DNA of 44,152 nt, from assembly GCA_024228575.1 (NCBI GenBank), contig JAAETH010000310.1, positions 1 to 44,152 of the forward strand, given 5' to 3'. A program made the position numbers and the translations under genes. Below are positions 8,654 to 16,462 of the stretch, piece after piece. How positions within the stretch are numbered: the stretch's first letter is position 1; each line of letters opens with the position of its first letter. The notes beneath the pieces were generated by a model. It saw only the letters and a program-made list of their open reading frames with translations. It searched no databases and was not told the origin of the DNA. The DNA comes from Actinomycetes bacterium. GTDB lineage: Bacteria > Actinomycetota > Acidimicrobiia > Acidimicrobiales > Poriferisodalaceae.

Positions 8654-11269
8654 GTGCAAGCGGCTCGTCGTTGCGCGAAGATCACCACGATGCGTGAGGA
8701 TCTGGATCTCGATCATCTTTGCGCTCCCGGCCGATCGGGGTGGGTCGTCATTGGCAAGGGGGGCGCAGGCAAGACGGCTGCCCTGCGGGCGATCGCGGCG
8801 GCGAGCGGTTCGTCGAAGCCAACGCGATGGATCAGGGGCGGGAGGCTCGCGACATCCGAACCATACGAGTCCCTCGAGGCGGTATTGCCCTTCGATGTCC
8901 TGGAGAAACTCCTCGAAGGTGGAACACGACTGGCCCGGCTGAAGGCCCAGAGAGCACTATTGGGCGGGCTCGAAACCGACGGAATCCTCGTGGTCGACGA
9001 TGCCCAGTGGTTGGATCCAGAGACCCTGGGTCTGTTGGCCGGGTTGGCCGAGTCGCGTGAATCGCTCGGACTCGAGATGGTCGTGGGCCACCGCCCGCGA
9101 CTGGACCGAAACCACCTTGCTCATCTCGACTCGATCCTGACCTTCGGTCATCCTGCGGTGGTGTTGGGACATCTTGACGATGAATCGGCCCGTCGTTACG
9201 TCGCATCGGGTCCGCTCGGCGGCCTGGGACCCGTCGCAGTCGACCATGCTGTCGGTCGTTGCGGAGGAGTGACAGGCCTGATCGATCTCCTGGCCGACTC
9301 GTGTGACACCGATTCGTCGGCCCATGAAGCCTGGGTCGGGGGATCAGCTGCCCCACCTCATGTGACCGAGGGGGTCAGGTCGAAGGTGTCGCTGTTGTCC
9401 CAGGGTGCGAGGGAACTCCTGCTCGCGATGTGTTTCGGGGCATCGCCCAACGATGACCTGGTTGAGCAACTGGACGGTGTCGCCGACCACCGCGCCCTCG
9501 GTGCAGCGATGTTCGAGATCGACGACGAGGGGTTTCTCGACGCCGACGGGGCCGAACCGGTTCCCCTGATCGCCGTCGTCGTACCCGAACTCCAGCCGCC
9601 TACCGAGCGAAGCCGCTATCACCTGACGGTTGCATCGGCGCTGTCCGGGCGTTCGGACGCGGTGGTCGCCCGCGCCGAACACCTGCTCGCCGGCGGCGAA
9701 CACTCGGCGTTGGCGGTCGATGTGTTCTTGGCCGCATGTGACCATCTCGTCGACGATGCACCCGATCTCGCGGCGGAGTGGCTCGAGCGCGCCGAATCGG
9801 GCGGCGCTGATCGACTCGAGGTCGCCACTCGCCGTGTGGTGGTGAATGTGCGGCAGGGACGACCCCTCGAAGCTATTCGAGCCGCCGGGCCGCTGTTCCA
9901 GGATGGCAACCGGGTCGATGAGTTGTTTGCCGTCGCCAACGCCTACGTGGACGCGCGGCGCCCGTCGCAGGCAGCCGGTGCCCTGATGCCAATGTTGGCG
10001 GGTAGGCCGGGCGATGTCGGCGACATCGCACACATGTCGGCTGGGCTCTGTCGAGTGATCGCAGGCTCGCTCGACGACGACTACGACATCGTCACCGCTG
10101 CGCTGGGAAGCCGCCCGTTGGCCGATCCCCAGGCCGAGGTTGCCCGGTTGGTGGCGGTTTCGGTCTGCTTGCTGGGTACGGGTGAATGGATTGCTTCGCT
10201 TGCGAGCGCCGCCGATGCCAGCGCCCTCGAGCTGGCGGTGTTGCGCGAGCAGCGACTTCCTTTCTCCGCCAATTCGTTCGCAACCTGGCTTGGCCTGTAT
10301 GTAGGCGACCTCGGCTATTCGCGTCGAATCTGTGACCGCGCTCTCGCGGCGCCGTCGCGTACCGACGCCATCCGGCGCAGCCGGGTACTTCGAAGCGAGC
10401 TCGTGTCCGTGCTCGGAGGTGCGGTCAAGACGTCGATAGACCCTCTGGCGGACTGGTCCGATCTCGGGCCAGTGGACCGGCTGGTGTCGGTTGCGGTGGC
10501 CGCGGGCGCCGCTCGCCGCTCGAACGATATCTCTCGCCTGCATCAGCTACGGCCGCTTCTACACGAGGTCCTTCTGCAACCGCCCGACCTTCTCGGTCTG
10601 GCCGCGTACGGAGAAGTCATGGCGGGCGTGGCGAGGGTCGGCGATCTCGACGTTGCGGATGCTGCGTGTGTTGCGCGCGATCGGGCAATGGAGTTCTGTG
10701 TCCAGCAGCCGGTGCAGGTTCTTCTCGCGTGGATCGATCTGCAGGTCACTATCGCTGCCGACAGGAGGGAACGGTTGCCCGCACTAGTCGATCGACTCGA
10801 GTCCATCGGTCCGCTCGAAGGTCGGCCCGGTGAATTGGTCGCGGCCATGAAGGTGTGGTGCAGCTCGCTGCACGGCTCTGTAGACGCGCAGGCTGTGACG
10901 ACTGCCGGCGGAGCACTCCGCAATCTCGGCTATCGGTGGGAGGCGACACGTATTGTTGGGACGGCGGCGATGCATATCGACGACCAGGCGGCGGCCAAGA
11001 ACCTCCTGGCTGCAGCTCGCGAGATGAGGGCTGATCTGCGCGCAAGCGACGCAGCGCACGCCCCGTTGTCCGCGAAGTTGTCCGAACGCGAGATGGAGGT
11101 GGCCGCTCTCATCAGCGACGGCAACACCCACAAACAGGTCGGCGCCAAGCTGTTCATCTCGCCCAAGACGGTTGAACACCATGTCGCCCGCATACGCCAG
11201 AGGCTTGGGGTCTCATCGCGAGCAGAGATGCTCGAGCTGATCCGCGTCGAACTCGAAACGGCGAAATAG
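8654..11269 (+). CDS. LAL-family transcriptional regulator (N-terminal AAA/STAND ATPase + C-terminal LuxR HTH); IniR-like
   Basis: 871 aa. Walker A 'VIGKGGAGKTAAL' near the N-terminus, then a long helical/TPR-like middle. C-terminal LuxR-type HTH ('EREMEVAALISDGNTHKQVGAKLFISPKTVEHHVARIRQRLGV'). Same architecture and size class as M. tuberculosis IniR (Rv0339c). Start is ambiguous: GTG at 8654 or ATG at 8690. Confidence 0.85.
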   Translation: MQAARRCAKITTMREDLDLDHLCAPGRSGWVVIGKGGAGKTAALRAIAAASGSSKPTRWIRGGRLATSEPYESLEAVLPFDVLEKLLEGGTRLARLKAQRALLGGLETDGILVVDDAQWLDPETLGLLAGLAESRESLGLEMVVGHRPRLDRNHLAHLDSILTFGHPAVVLGHLDDESARRYVASGPLGGLGPVAVDHAVGRCGGVTGLIDLLADSCDTDSSAHEAWVGGSAAPPHVTEGVRSKVSLLSQGARELLLAMCFGASPNDDLVEQLDGVADHRALGAAMFEIDDEGFLDADGAEPVPLIAVVVPELQPPTERSRYHLTVASALSGRSDAVVARAEHLLAGGEHSALAVDVFLAACDHLVDDAPDLAAEWLERAESGGADRLEVATRRVVVNVRQGRPLEAIRAAGPLFQDGNRVDELFAVANAYVDARRPSQAAGALMPMLAGRPGDVGDIAHMSAGLCRVIAGSLDDDYDIVTAALGSRPLADPQAEVARLVAVSVCLLGTGEWIASLASAADASALELAVLREQRLPFSANSFATWLGLYVGDLGYSRRICDRALAAPSRTDAIRRSRVLRSELVSVLGGAVKTSIDPLADWSDLGPVDRLVSVAVAAGAARRSNDISRLHQLRPLLHEVLLQPPDLLGLAAYGEVMAGVARVGDLDVADAACVARDRAMEFCVQQPVQVLLAWIDLQVTIAADRRERLPALVDRLESIGPLEGRPGELVAAMKVWCSSLHGSVDAQAVTTAGGALRNLGYRWEATRIVGTAAMHIDDQAAAKNLLAAAREMRADLRASDAAHAPLSAKLSEREMEVAALISDGNTHKQVGAKLFISPKTVEHHVARIRQRLGVSSRAEMLELIRVELETAK

Positions 11270-11324
11270 AACCTCGCGCGCTGGGCCGGGGACACCTTTC
11301 GCCCGTCACGACTTCTCCCGTCGA

Positions 11325-12800
11325 CTAGACCTGGGCCGCACGCCCCGCCGCCAGCAGGCCTTCACACGTACGGGTGAGGATGCGCGCTGCTTCGATCGTT
11401 TCGCGGGGCATCAGGGGATTCTCGCCCAGACGCTGCCAGTAGGTGTGCTGGCCGATGGCCAATCTGGACAACTCGCCCGCCTCGGTGTTCTGGTCGGCCC
11501 CGAGCCGCTGATGAGCGAGCCCGCCATGAGTTCCGAGCAAACGTTCGGCCCTTTCGGCATCTGGTTCGGACATGTTCACGAATCCAGAGCGGATCGCATT
11601 CAGCAGCTGAACCTCTGCGAACTCGTGCACACTCGACATGATGCGCTCGAGCTCCACGTCGAATTCACGCGAGTTGACCCCGGGGACCGAGCTGACGACA
11701 CGGTCGAAGGTCAGCAGAGCAGATCTGGCCCTGAGAACGTCGCTGCGAGCCGTCAGATGGCTGTGGAGGATTCGTCGGAGTTCGCCGAGGCCGCTGCGAT
11801 CGACGAGCATGTTCGACAATTCGGTGCTGGTGGTGGCCCGTCCCTGGCGCAATAACACAAATGCCAGGCGAACGCCGAAGATGCCGAAGCGGTCTAGCAG
11901 TTCGGAGCGTTCGATCGGCGTGATTGGCAGATCGGTCTCCGCGTTGACAAACCTGTCGACGGTCAACATCAGAGGATCGACCGCTGATCGGTCAGCCTCT
12001 GCAAGCATCAGGAGGACGCGGAACTCGTCCTGGCGCAGGGTTCCGGCGGTTTCGGCGAGTAGTCCGGCTACTGGTATGACGGTTTGACACAGCCGCTTGA
12101 TCTTCGGGTCGGCTCCATAACGCTTCGATATCCGCCGCGCCGACGCGAGTGCATCCAGCCTGCCGACACCGATCTCGTCGGCCCTCGACAAGATGCCGAT
12201 CGAGTTGATGGCACTCGGCCTCGATGTTTCCTGGTCGTGGAACGCTTCGAGGAATCGGACGTCGCTAGCGTGCAGGTGCCGCATCAGGTACAACACAGCG
12301 TCGGTCGTGCTCGCTCCATCGTCTGGTGTGAGGAAGTCGCGGGTCCGGTCCGAGAGGTGTGTGCTGATCGAATCGATACCAGGCGTGTCGATGAGGGTCA
12401 CATCGGACAGAGCCGTCGATGGCCACTCGATTTCGAGGCGTTCGATCTGGTCGGTCGGGGTGCCTCTCAGATCGATGTTCAGCGAACCCTCCTCGCGGGT
12501 GAACGGCAGCTGAGCTGGATCGCCGGCATGAGGGTGCATCGTGACCCGATAGGTCGACCCGTCGCGGTACCAGGTGACCACCGTGGTGCACTCGCCAGCG
12601 TCGGTCGGGGCCAACCGTTCGCTCACGAGGGCGTTCAACAGTGTGGACTTTCCTGCCTTCACCTTGCCGGCGATGGCAACCCGAAGCGGCTGGTCGAGTC
12701 GCCGTTTTGCCTCGTCGATCTGTTGTTGGGCTCCCGTGCCCGCCACGAGGCGCGAAGCCAAACCAGCGAGCATCGACAGCTCATCGCTCAGGACCGTCAT
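11325..12800 (-). CDS. Dynamin-family GTPase, IniC-like
   Basis: 491 aa. G1 'IAGKVKAGKSTLLNAL' and 'LAPTDAGECTTVVTWY' follow the IniC-type N-terminal pattern, with G3 'DTPGIDS'. Size matches IniC (about 490 aa). It is the last gene of the ini-like operon. Confidence 0.85.
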   Translation of the reverse strand: MTVLSDELSMLAGLASRLVAGTGAQQQIDEAKRRLDQPLRVAIAGKVKAGKSTLLNALVSERLAPTDAGECTTVVTWYRDGSTYRVTMHPHAGDPAQLPFTREEGSLNIDLRGTPTDQIERLEIEWPSTALSDVTLIDTPGIDSISTHLSDRTRDFLTPDDGASTTDAVLYLMRHLHASDVRFLEAFHDQETSRPSAINSIGILSRADEIGVGRLDALASARRISKRYGADPKIKRLCQTVIPVAGLLAETAGTLRQDEFRVLLMLAEADRSAVDPLMLTVDRFVNAETDLPITPIERSELLDRFGIFGVRLAFVLLRQGRATTSTELSNMLVDRSGLGELRRILHSHLTARSDVLRARSALLTFDRVVSSVPGVNSREFDVELERIMSSVHEFAEVQLLNAIRSGFVNMSEPDAERAERLLGTHGGLAHQRLGADQNTEAGELSRLAIGQHTYWQRLGENPLMPRETIEAARILTRTCEGLLAAGRAAQV

Positions 12801-12812
12801 CGCAGCACCCGC

Positions 12813-12914
12813 GCCTTCTGGCCGGCCCTTTGGGCCGTCTCCGTGCGGCTGTGTCTTGGTCTCGCCTTCTGGCCGGCCCTTTGGGCCGTCTCCGTGCGGC
12901 TCGGTCGTGGCCGG
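12813..12914. repeat. 51-bp tandem direct repeat (2 copies) in the iniA-like/iniC-like intergenic region, each unit containing a small GGCCC-TTT-GGGCC hairpin
   Basis: gccttctggccggccctttgggccgtctccgtgcggct occurs at 12813 and again at 12864, a 38-nt perfect match with diverged 13-nt tails. The repeat fills the 115-bp gap between the two dynamin genes. Confidence 0.8.
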
Positions 12915-12915
12915 T

Positions 12916-14739
12916 TCATGACAGGACCTCTACCGAGGCCTTGAGGATGCGCTCGAGCTGATCGATCGAAGCATCGAGCTTCTTGATCTTCTCCTTGCGT
13001 TTGGCCTGGCCGGTCTTCAGCGCGACCTGGGTTGCCTTCAGCGACTCTGTGGCCGTTGTGGCCAGCTCCCTGGCCCTTTCGAGGTTCGTATCGCGCAGAT
13101 CTCTCTGGACCTGGCGAAGGGTGTCACGGCTGTGTTTCGTCACGCCGAAGACAACCTCATCGAGGTACTTCTTGATGCCCATCTTGGCTTGCTGGCGGCG
13201 CATCGTGAGCTGGCGTTCGCGCTCCTCCTTGGCGGCCTTGCGGCCCAGCAAACCCCCGACCGCCAGGCTGATGGGCCCGAAGGTAGCCAGTCCGACCAGC
13301 GAACCGAGCATGCCGAACATCAACATGCCGCCATAGCTCCCACGCATGCCCGTGAGCATCGACTGGGCATAGGAAGGAGCTTCGGCAACCTCGACGTCTA
13401 GGGTCTTTCGCCCGGCGAGGACCTCGTCGGGGGTTGCGACCTTCACGTCGGCGATGGCATCGAGCTCGAACACGTCGAGTACACGTTCCGACAACTCGAG
13501 GGCATCGCGTCGAAGGAGATGGTAGTTCTCGGCGATGTCTGCCATCAGCCGTTCCTCGACCATCGGGAAGAGCTCGTCGCCGATCTTGGCCGGATCGTTC
13601 TCGTCGATGAGCACATCGATCTCTGCGACGAGGGTCCGGGTTCGTGTCTTCAGGTCGTGGTCGGTGTTCGATGTCAGGTCAGAGATGCCGTCGTTGAGGA
13701 CAACCTGCCACCGCGATGCAGCGGCCTTCATGTTCTCGGCTCGCTCCTTGGCCTCCCGAGCCTTGGTCTCGAGTTCCTCTCGGCTCGCGGGGTCGGCAAG
13801 TACGTCTCGCATCGTGGTCTCGGTGTCGAGCAGCTGGCCGGCGACTGCTCTGACGTCCGTCATCGCTGCAGTGACGTGGATTGTCTCTGCCTCGGCGAGG
13901 ATCTTCTGTTCGACGCGCTCGACCAGGGCGGGGAAACCACTCTCGTCGTGCATCTCGGGGTCGTTCAGGTCGAGAGCCTTGGTTCGAAGTGGCGAGGCAA
14001 CAGCAAAGATGTCGATTTCGAGACCGGCGTTCGCGAGGTGTTGCTCGTTGAGTTCGAGGATCTTCCTCCAGCGCGGGTAGACATCGATCTTGCTCATGGC
14101 GCAGATGACGTTGGGGCAGCGTTCGTATGCGATGACCAGGAACTCGAGCTCGCTCGCTGTCAATTCCTGAGAGCTGTCGGTGACGAAGACAACAGCGTCG
14201 GTCATGGCCAGAGCGCCCATGGTCGCCTTGCCATGGGCCGACTCGAGGCCTCCGACGCCAGGGGTGTCGACCACACGCAACCCGGCTCGCAGGATCCGGC
14301 GGGGAATCCTGACCTCGACGGTGTGCACCTTCTGGTTGGTGCCTGCAATGTGACCCGAGACCACGAAGGCGGCCGCGTCGTTCAGCTTGATCTCGTGACG
14401 TACATCCTCGTCGGAGCCTTCGGGGCCGGCACAGGTGATCGAAGCTTCGGAGTGTTCGGCGTAGCCGATGACGGTTGCGACGGCCGTGGCCACGTCGTCG
14501 TCGACGGGACATACTGGCGCCTTCACCAGGGCGTTGACCAGGCTCGACTTCCCCTGCTTGAACTCGCCGATGACCAGGACGGTGACCTCGGGTTCGGCGA
14601 GTCGAGCTGTTGTGGTCCTGAGTCTTGTCACGAGGTCTGCGCGTTCGAGGCGGGTGGCTGCACCCTTGACAGCCTCGACGATTTCGGTGGCTCGATTGCG
14701 TCTTGATGTCTGCTGTTCGGTGTTCACATCTACGTCCAT
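12916..14739 (-). CDS. Dynamin-family GTPase, IniA-like (bacterial dynamin-like protein with membrane paddle)
   Basis: G1 'VIGEFKQGKSSLVNAL' and G3 'VVDTPGVGG'. A long helical stalk follows, with a hydrophobic hairpin near the C-terminus (MLMFGMLGSLVGLATFGPISLAVGGLLG). The track ORF extends to 14925, but those first 62 codons overlap the upstream gene, are low-complexity, and sit upstream of a hairpin/U-tract. The ATG at 14739 is therefore preferred. Confidence 0.85.
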   Translation of the reverse strand: MDVDVNTEQQTSRRNRATEIVEAVKGAATRLERADLVTRLRTTTARLAEPEVTVLVIGEFKQGKSSLVNALVKAPVCPVDDDVATAVATVIGYAEHSEASITCAGPEGSDEDVRHEIKLNDAAAFVVSGHIAGTNQKVHTVEVRIPRRILRAGLRVVDTPGVGGLESAHGKATMGALAMTDAVVFVTDSSQELTASELEFLVIAYERCPNVICAMSKIDVYPRWRKILELNEQHLANAGLEIDIFAVASPLRTKALDLNDPEMHDESGFPALVERVEQKILAEAETIHVTAAMTDVRAVAGQLLDTETTMRDVLADPASREELETKAREAKERAENMKAAASRWQVVLNDGISDLTSNTDHDLKTRTRTLVAEIDVLIDENDPAKIGDELFPMVEERLMADIAENYHLLRRDALELSERVLDVFELDAIADVKVATPDEVLAGRKTLDVEVAEAPSYAQSMLTGMRGSYGGMLMFGMLGSLVGLATFGPISLAVGGLLGRKAAKEERERQLTMRRQQAKMGIKKYLDEVVFGVTKHSRDTLRQVQRDLRDTNLERARELATTATESLKATQVALKTGQAKRKEKIKKLDASIDQLERILKASVEVLS

Positions 14740-14740
14740 G

Positions 14741-14784
14741 AAAAGAGAGAACTCGGGTCCCGACCGGTGGCCGGGACCCGAGTT
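14741..14784 (-). terminator. Intrinsic terminator/attenuator-like hairpin + U-tract between the iniB-like and iniA-like genes
   Basis: The minus-strand RNA would read ACUCGGGUCCCG-GCCACCGGU-CGGGACCCGAGU. That is a perfect 12-13 bp GC-rich stem with a 9-nt loop, followed immediately by UUCUCUCUUUU and then the ATG of the iniA-like gene. Confidence 0.55.
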
Positions 14785-14812
14785 TGTCGCTAAGTCGGGT
14801 TGGAAATCCAGC

Positions 14813-16462
14813 TCAGTCGAGGATCTCCACGTCGCCAGTGTCGAAGTTGGCTTCTTCGGTGACGTCGACACTGTCGGCGACCGCAGTGCCGAAGTCCTCG
14901 GACAACGCCGAGCCGTGGTCAGCAACGTTCGAATCGTCGATCGTCGTGAGATCGGTGTCGATCTCGGTGCTGATGTCGGTGTCGATCTCGGTGTTGATGT
15001 CGGTGTCGTTGTCCTCGAGGACGTCGTTGTCTTCGATGGTGGTGGTGTCGTTGTCCTCGAGGACGTCGTTGTCTTCGATGGTTGTGGTGTCGTTGTCTTC
15101 GATGGTTGTGGTGTCGTTGTCCTCGAGGGTTGTGGTTGTGGTGTCGTTGTCCTCGATGGTGGTCGTGGTGGTGTCGTTGTCCTCGTTCGTCGTCTCGACG
15201 TCGGTGACGGTCTGGTCGCCCTGGAGGTTCAGGTTCAGGTCGTCGCCGCTCGAGATGTCGCCGATGCTGAGGTCGGTCTGGTCGCCGGCGCCCGTGTTGA
15301 CATTGCCTTCGCTGTCGATGGCGTCGCCACCAGCTGCCTGGGAACCGTCGGTGGCGGTGATGTTGCCGTCGCCGACCACTGTGGTTCCGCTGCCACCGCT
15401 GGCGTCGACCTGGGTGACCTCGGAGCCGTCGGTTGCGACGGTGGCGTCGCCACCGCTGGCGTCGATATCGGTCACCTCCGAACCGTTGGTTGCCACGTTG
15501 CCGTCGCCGGTGTTGGTGGTCATGTCGCCGCCAACCTCGCCGGTGTTGGTGCCTGTGACATCGCCGTCGCCGCTGTTGACCACGCCGTCGACATCGCCGG
15601 TCACCGTTCCACCGGACACATCACCTTGGACGACCGTCGAGCCGATCACCTCACCGGTGATCGCACCCTCGACTGGGCCGTCGGCTGCGATGGCGCCGTC
15701 GGTTGCGATGTTCGAGTCCTCGACTTCGGCGTTCTCGCCTACCTGAACCGCTCCATCGCCCGCTGTTTGGATGTCGTTCTCGACGTCGAAGTTCTTGGCG
15801 CTCACATCGCCGTCGATGTTTGTGCTGGCGTCGATGTTTGTGTCGCGATCGTCGACGTTGTTGACCGTGCTCTGGTCGATGTGGTTGGTGACGTTCGTGA
15901 CGTAGTAGGTGATCTGTTGCGACATCGCCTCGACAGGGTCGGTGGCGTCGACAACCGGGGGAGCCGGAGGAGGCGTCGGTGCTGCAGTCGGAGCGGGTGC
16001 AGGAGCAGGAGCAGGTGCGGGGCTCGAGACCGGACCTGTGGTGGTCGGCGATGCAGCGATGCCGGCATCGACCTGGCTGACGCCACCGATATCGCCGCCG
16101 GCGACGTTGGTGTCGCCCTCGACGGCTTGGTTGATGACCGGGCCCGACTGGACCGTGGTGTCGGCAACGTCGACACCCTGATCGGCGGCGTTGGAAACGG
16201 CCGCCGCCTGGTTCGTCGCCGTGGTCATGTCCATGTCGTTTGACGAGGTTGTGACCGGAGCCAGCATGCTTGCCTGCTCGGGAGGAAGCTCTTCGCTCAT
16301 CAGCGTTACAGCTTCGTGCAGGTCTTCGGGGGTCAGGTCGTCGAGGCCGTCTTGGACCAGCATCTCCTGCCGGCCGTCGGCGTCGGCTTCTGCCCAGGCC
16401 TGCTGCTTTTCTCCGAACATGATGTCGTAGAGCTTGTCGAAGATCATGGTGTCATCCGCCAT
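14813..16462 (-). CDS. Highly acidic Asp/Thr/Gly/Val-rich tandem-repeat protein in the IniB position (IniB-like by context only)
   Basis: Start ATG at 16462 is preceded by AAAGAGG (the track ORF starts at 16519). A short N-terminal segment 'MADDTMIFDKLYDIMFGEKQQAW' and an APAPAPAP linker lead into about 400 aa of low complexity with octapeptide repeats (IEDNDTTT/LEDNDTTT, IDTDISTE). It is the first gene of the operon, followed by two dynamins, as in iniB-iniA-iniC. Composition differs from the Gly/Ala-rich M. tuberculosis IniB, so this is a positional analogue only. Confidence 0.6.
   Translation of the reverse strand: MADDTMIFDKLYDIMFGEKQQAWAEADADGRQEMLVQDGLDDLTPEDLHEAVTLMSEELPPEQASMLAPVTTSSNDMDMTTATNQAAAVSNAADQGVDVADTTVQSGPVINQAVEGDTNVAGGDIGGVSQVDAGIAASPTTTGPVSSPAPAPAPAPAPTAAPTPPPAPPVVDATDPVEAMSQQITYYVTNVTNHIDQSTVNNVDDRDTNIDASTNIDGDVSAKNFDVENDIQTAGDGAVQVGENAEVEDSNIATDGAIAADGPVEGAITGEVIGSTVVQGDVSGGTVTGDVDGVVNSGDGDVTGTNTGEVGGDMTTNTGDGNVATNGSEVTDIDASGGDATVATDGSEVTQVDASGGSGTTVVGDGNITATDGSQAAGGDAIDSEGNVNTGAGDQTDLSIGDISSGDDLNLNLQGDQTVTDVETTNEDNDTTTTTIEDNDTTTTTLEDNDTTTIEDNDTTTIEDNDVLEDNDTTTIEDNDVLEDNDTDINTEIDTDISTEIDTDLTTIDDSNVADHGSALSEDFGTAVADSVDVTEEANFDTGDVEILD
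14935..15190. repeat. Intragenic tandem repeats (21/24/42-bp units) encoding octapeptide repeats of the acidic IniB-like protein
   Basis: Near-identical units are visible directly (gtcgttgtcctcgaggacgtcgttgtcttcgatggtKgtggtgtcgttgtc...). They encode IEDNDTTT/LEDNDTTT repeats on the minus strand. A second array (ggtgtcgatctcggtgYtgat) encodes the IDTDISTE repeats. Confidence 0.85.

Noticed and set aside
9344-10543. 399-aa minus-strand ORF
   Set aside because: Antisense to the LAL regulator gene. Arg/Pro/Gly-rich, no domain features.
11270-11324. Possible bidirectional terminator between convergent LAL and iniC-like genes
   Set aside because: A 55-bp gap, but I could not find a convincing stem-loop with a flanking T/A tract. 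Left uncalled.
13519-14706. 395-aa and 181-aa plus-strand ORFs
   Set aside because: Antisense to the IniA-like dynamin gene, whose G1/G3 GTPase motifs are clear. No motifs, biased composition.
14468-16243. 591-aa plus-strand ORF (Val/Gly/Asp-rich) and 14784..15746 320-aa ORF
   Set aside because: They are antisense or alternate-frame readings of the repeat region of the acidic IniB-like gene. Their apparent length is a by-product of the codon-periodic repeats. The operon context (RBS plus ATG at 16462, followed by dynamins) supports the minus strand.
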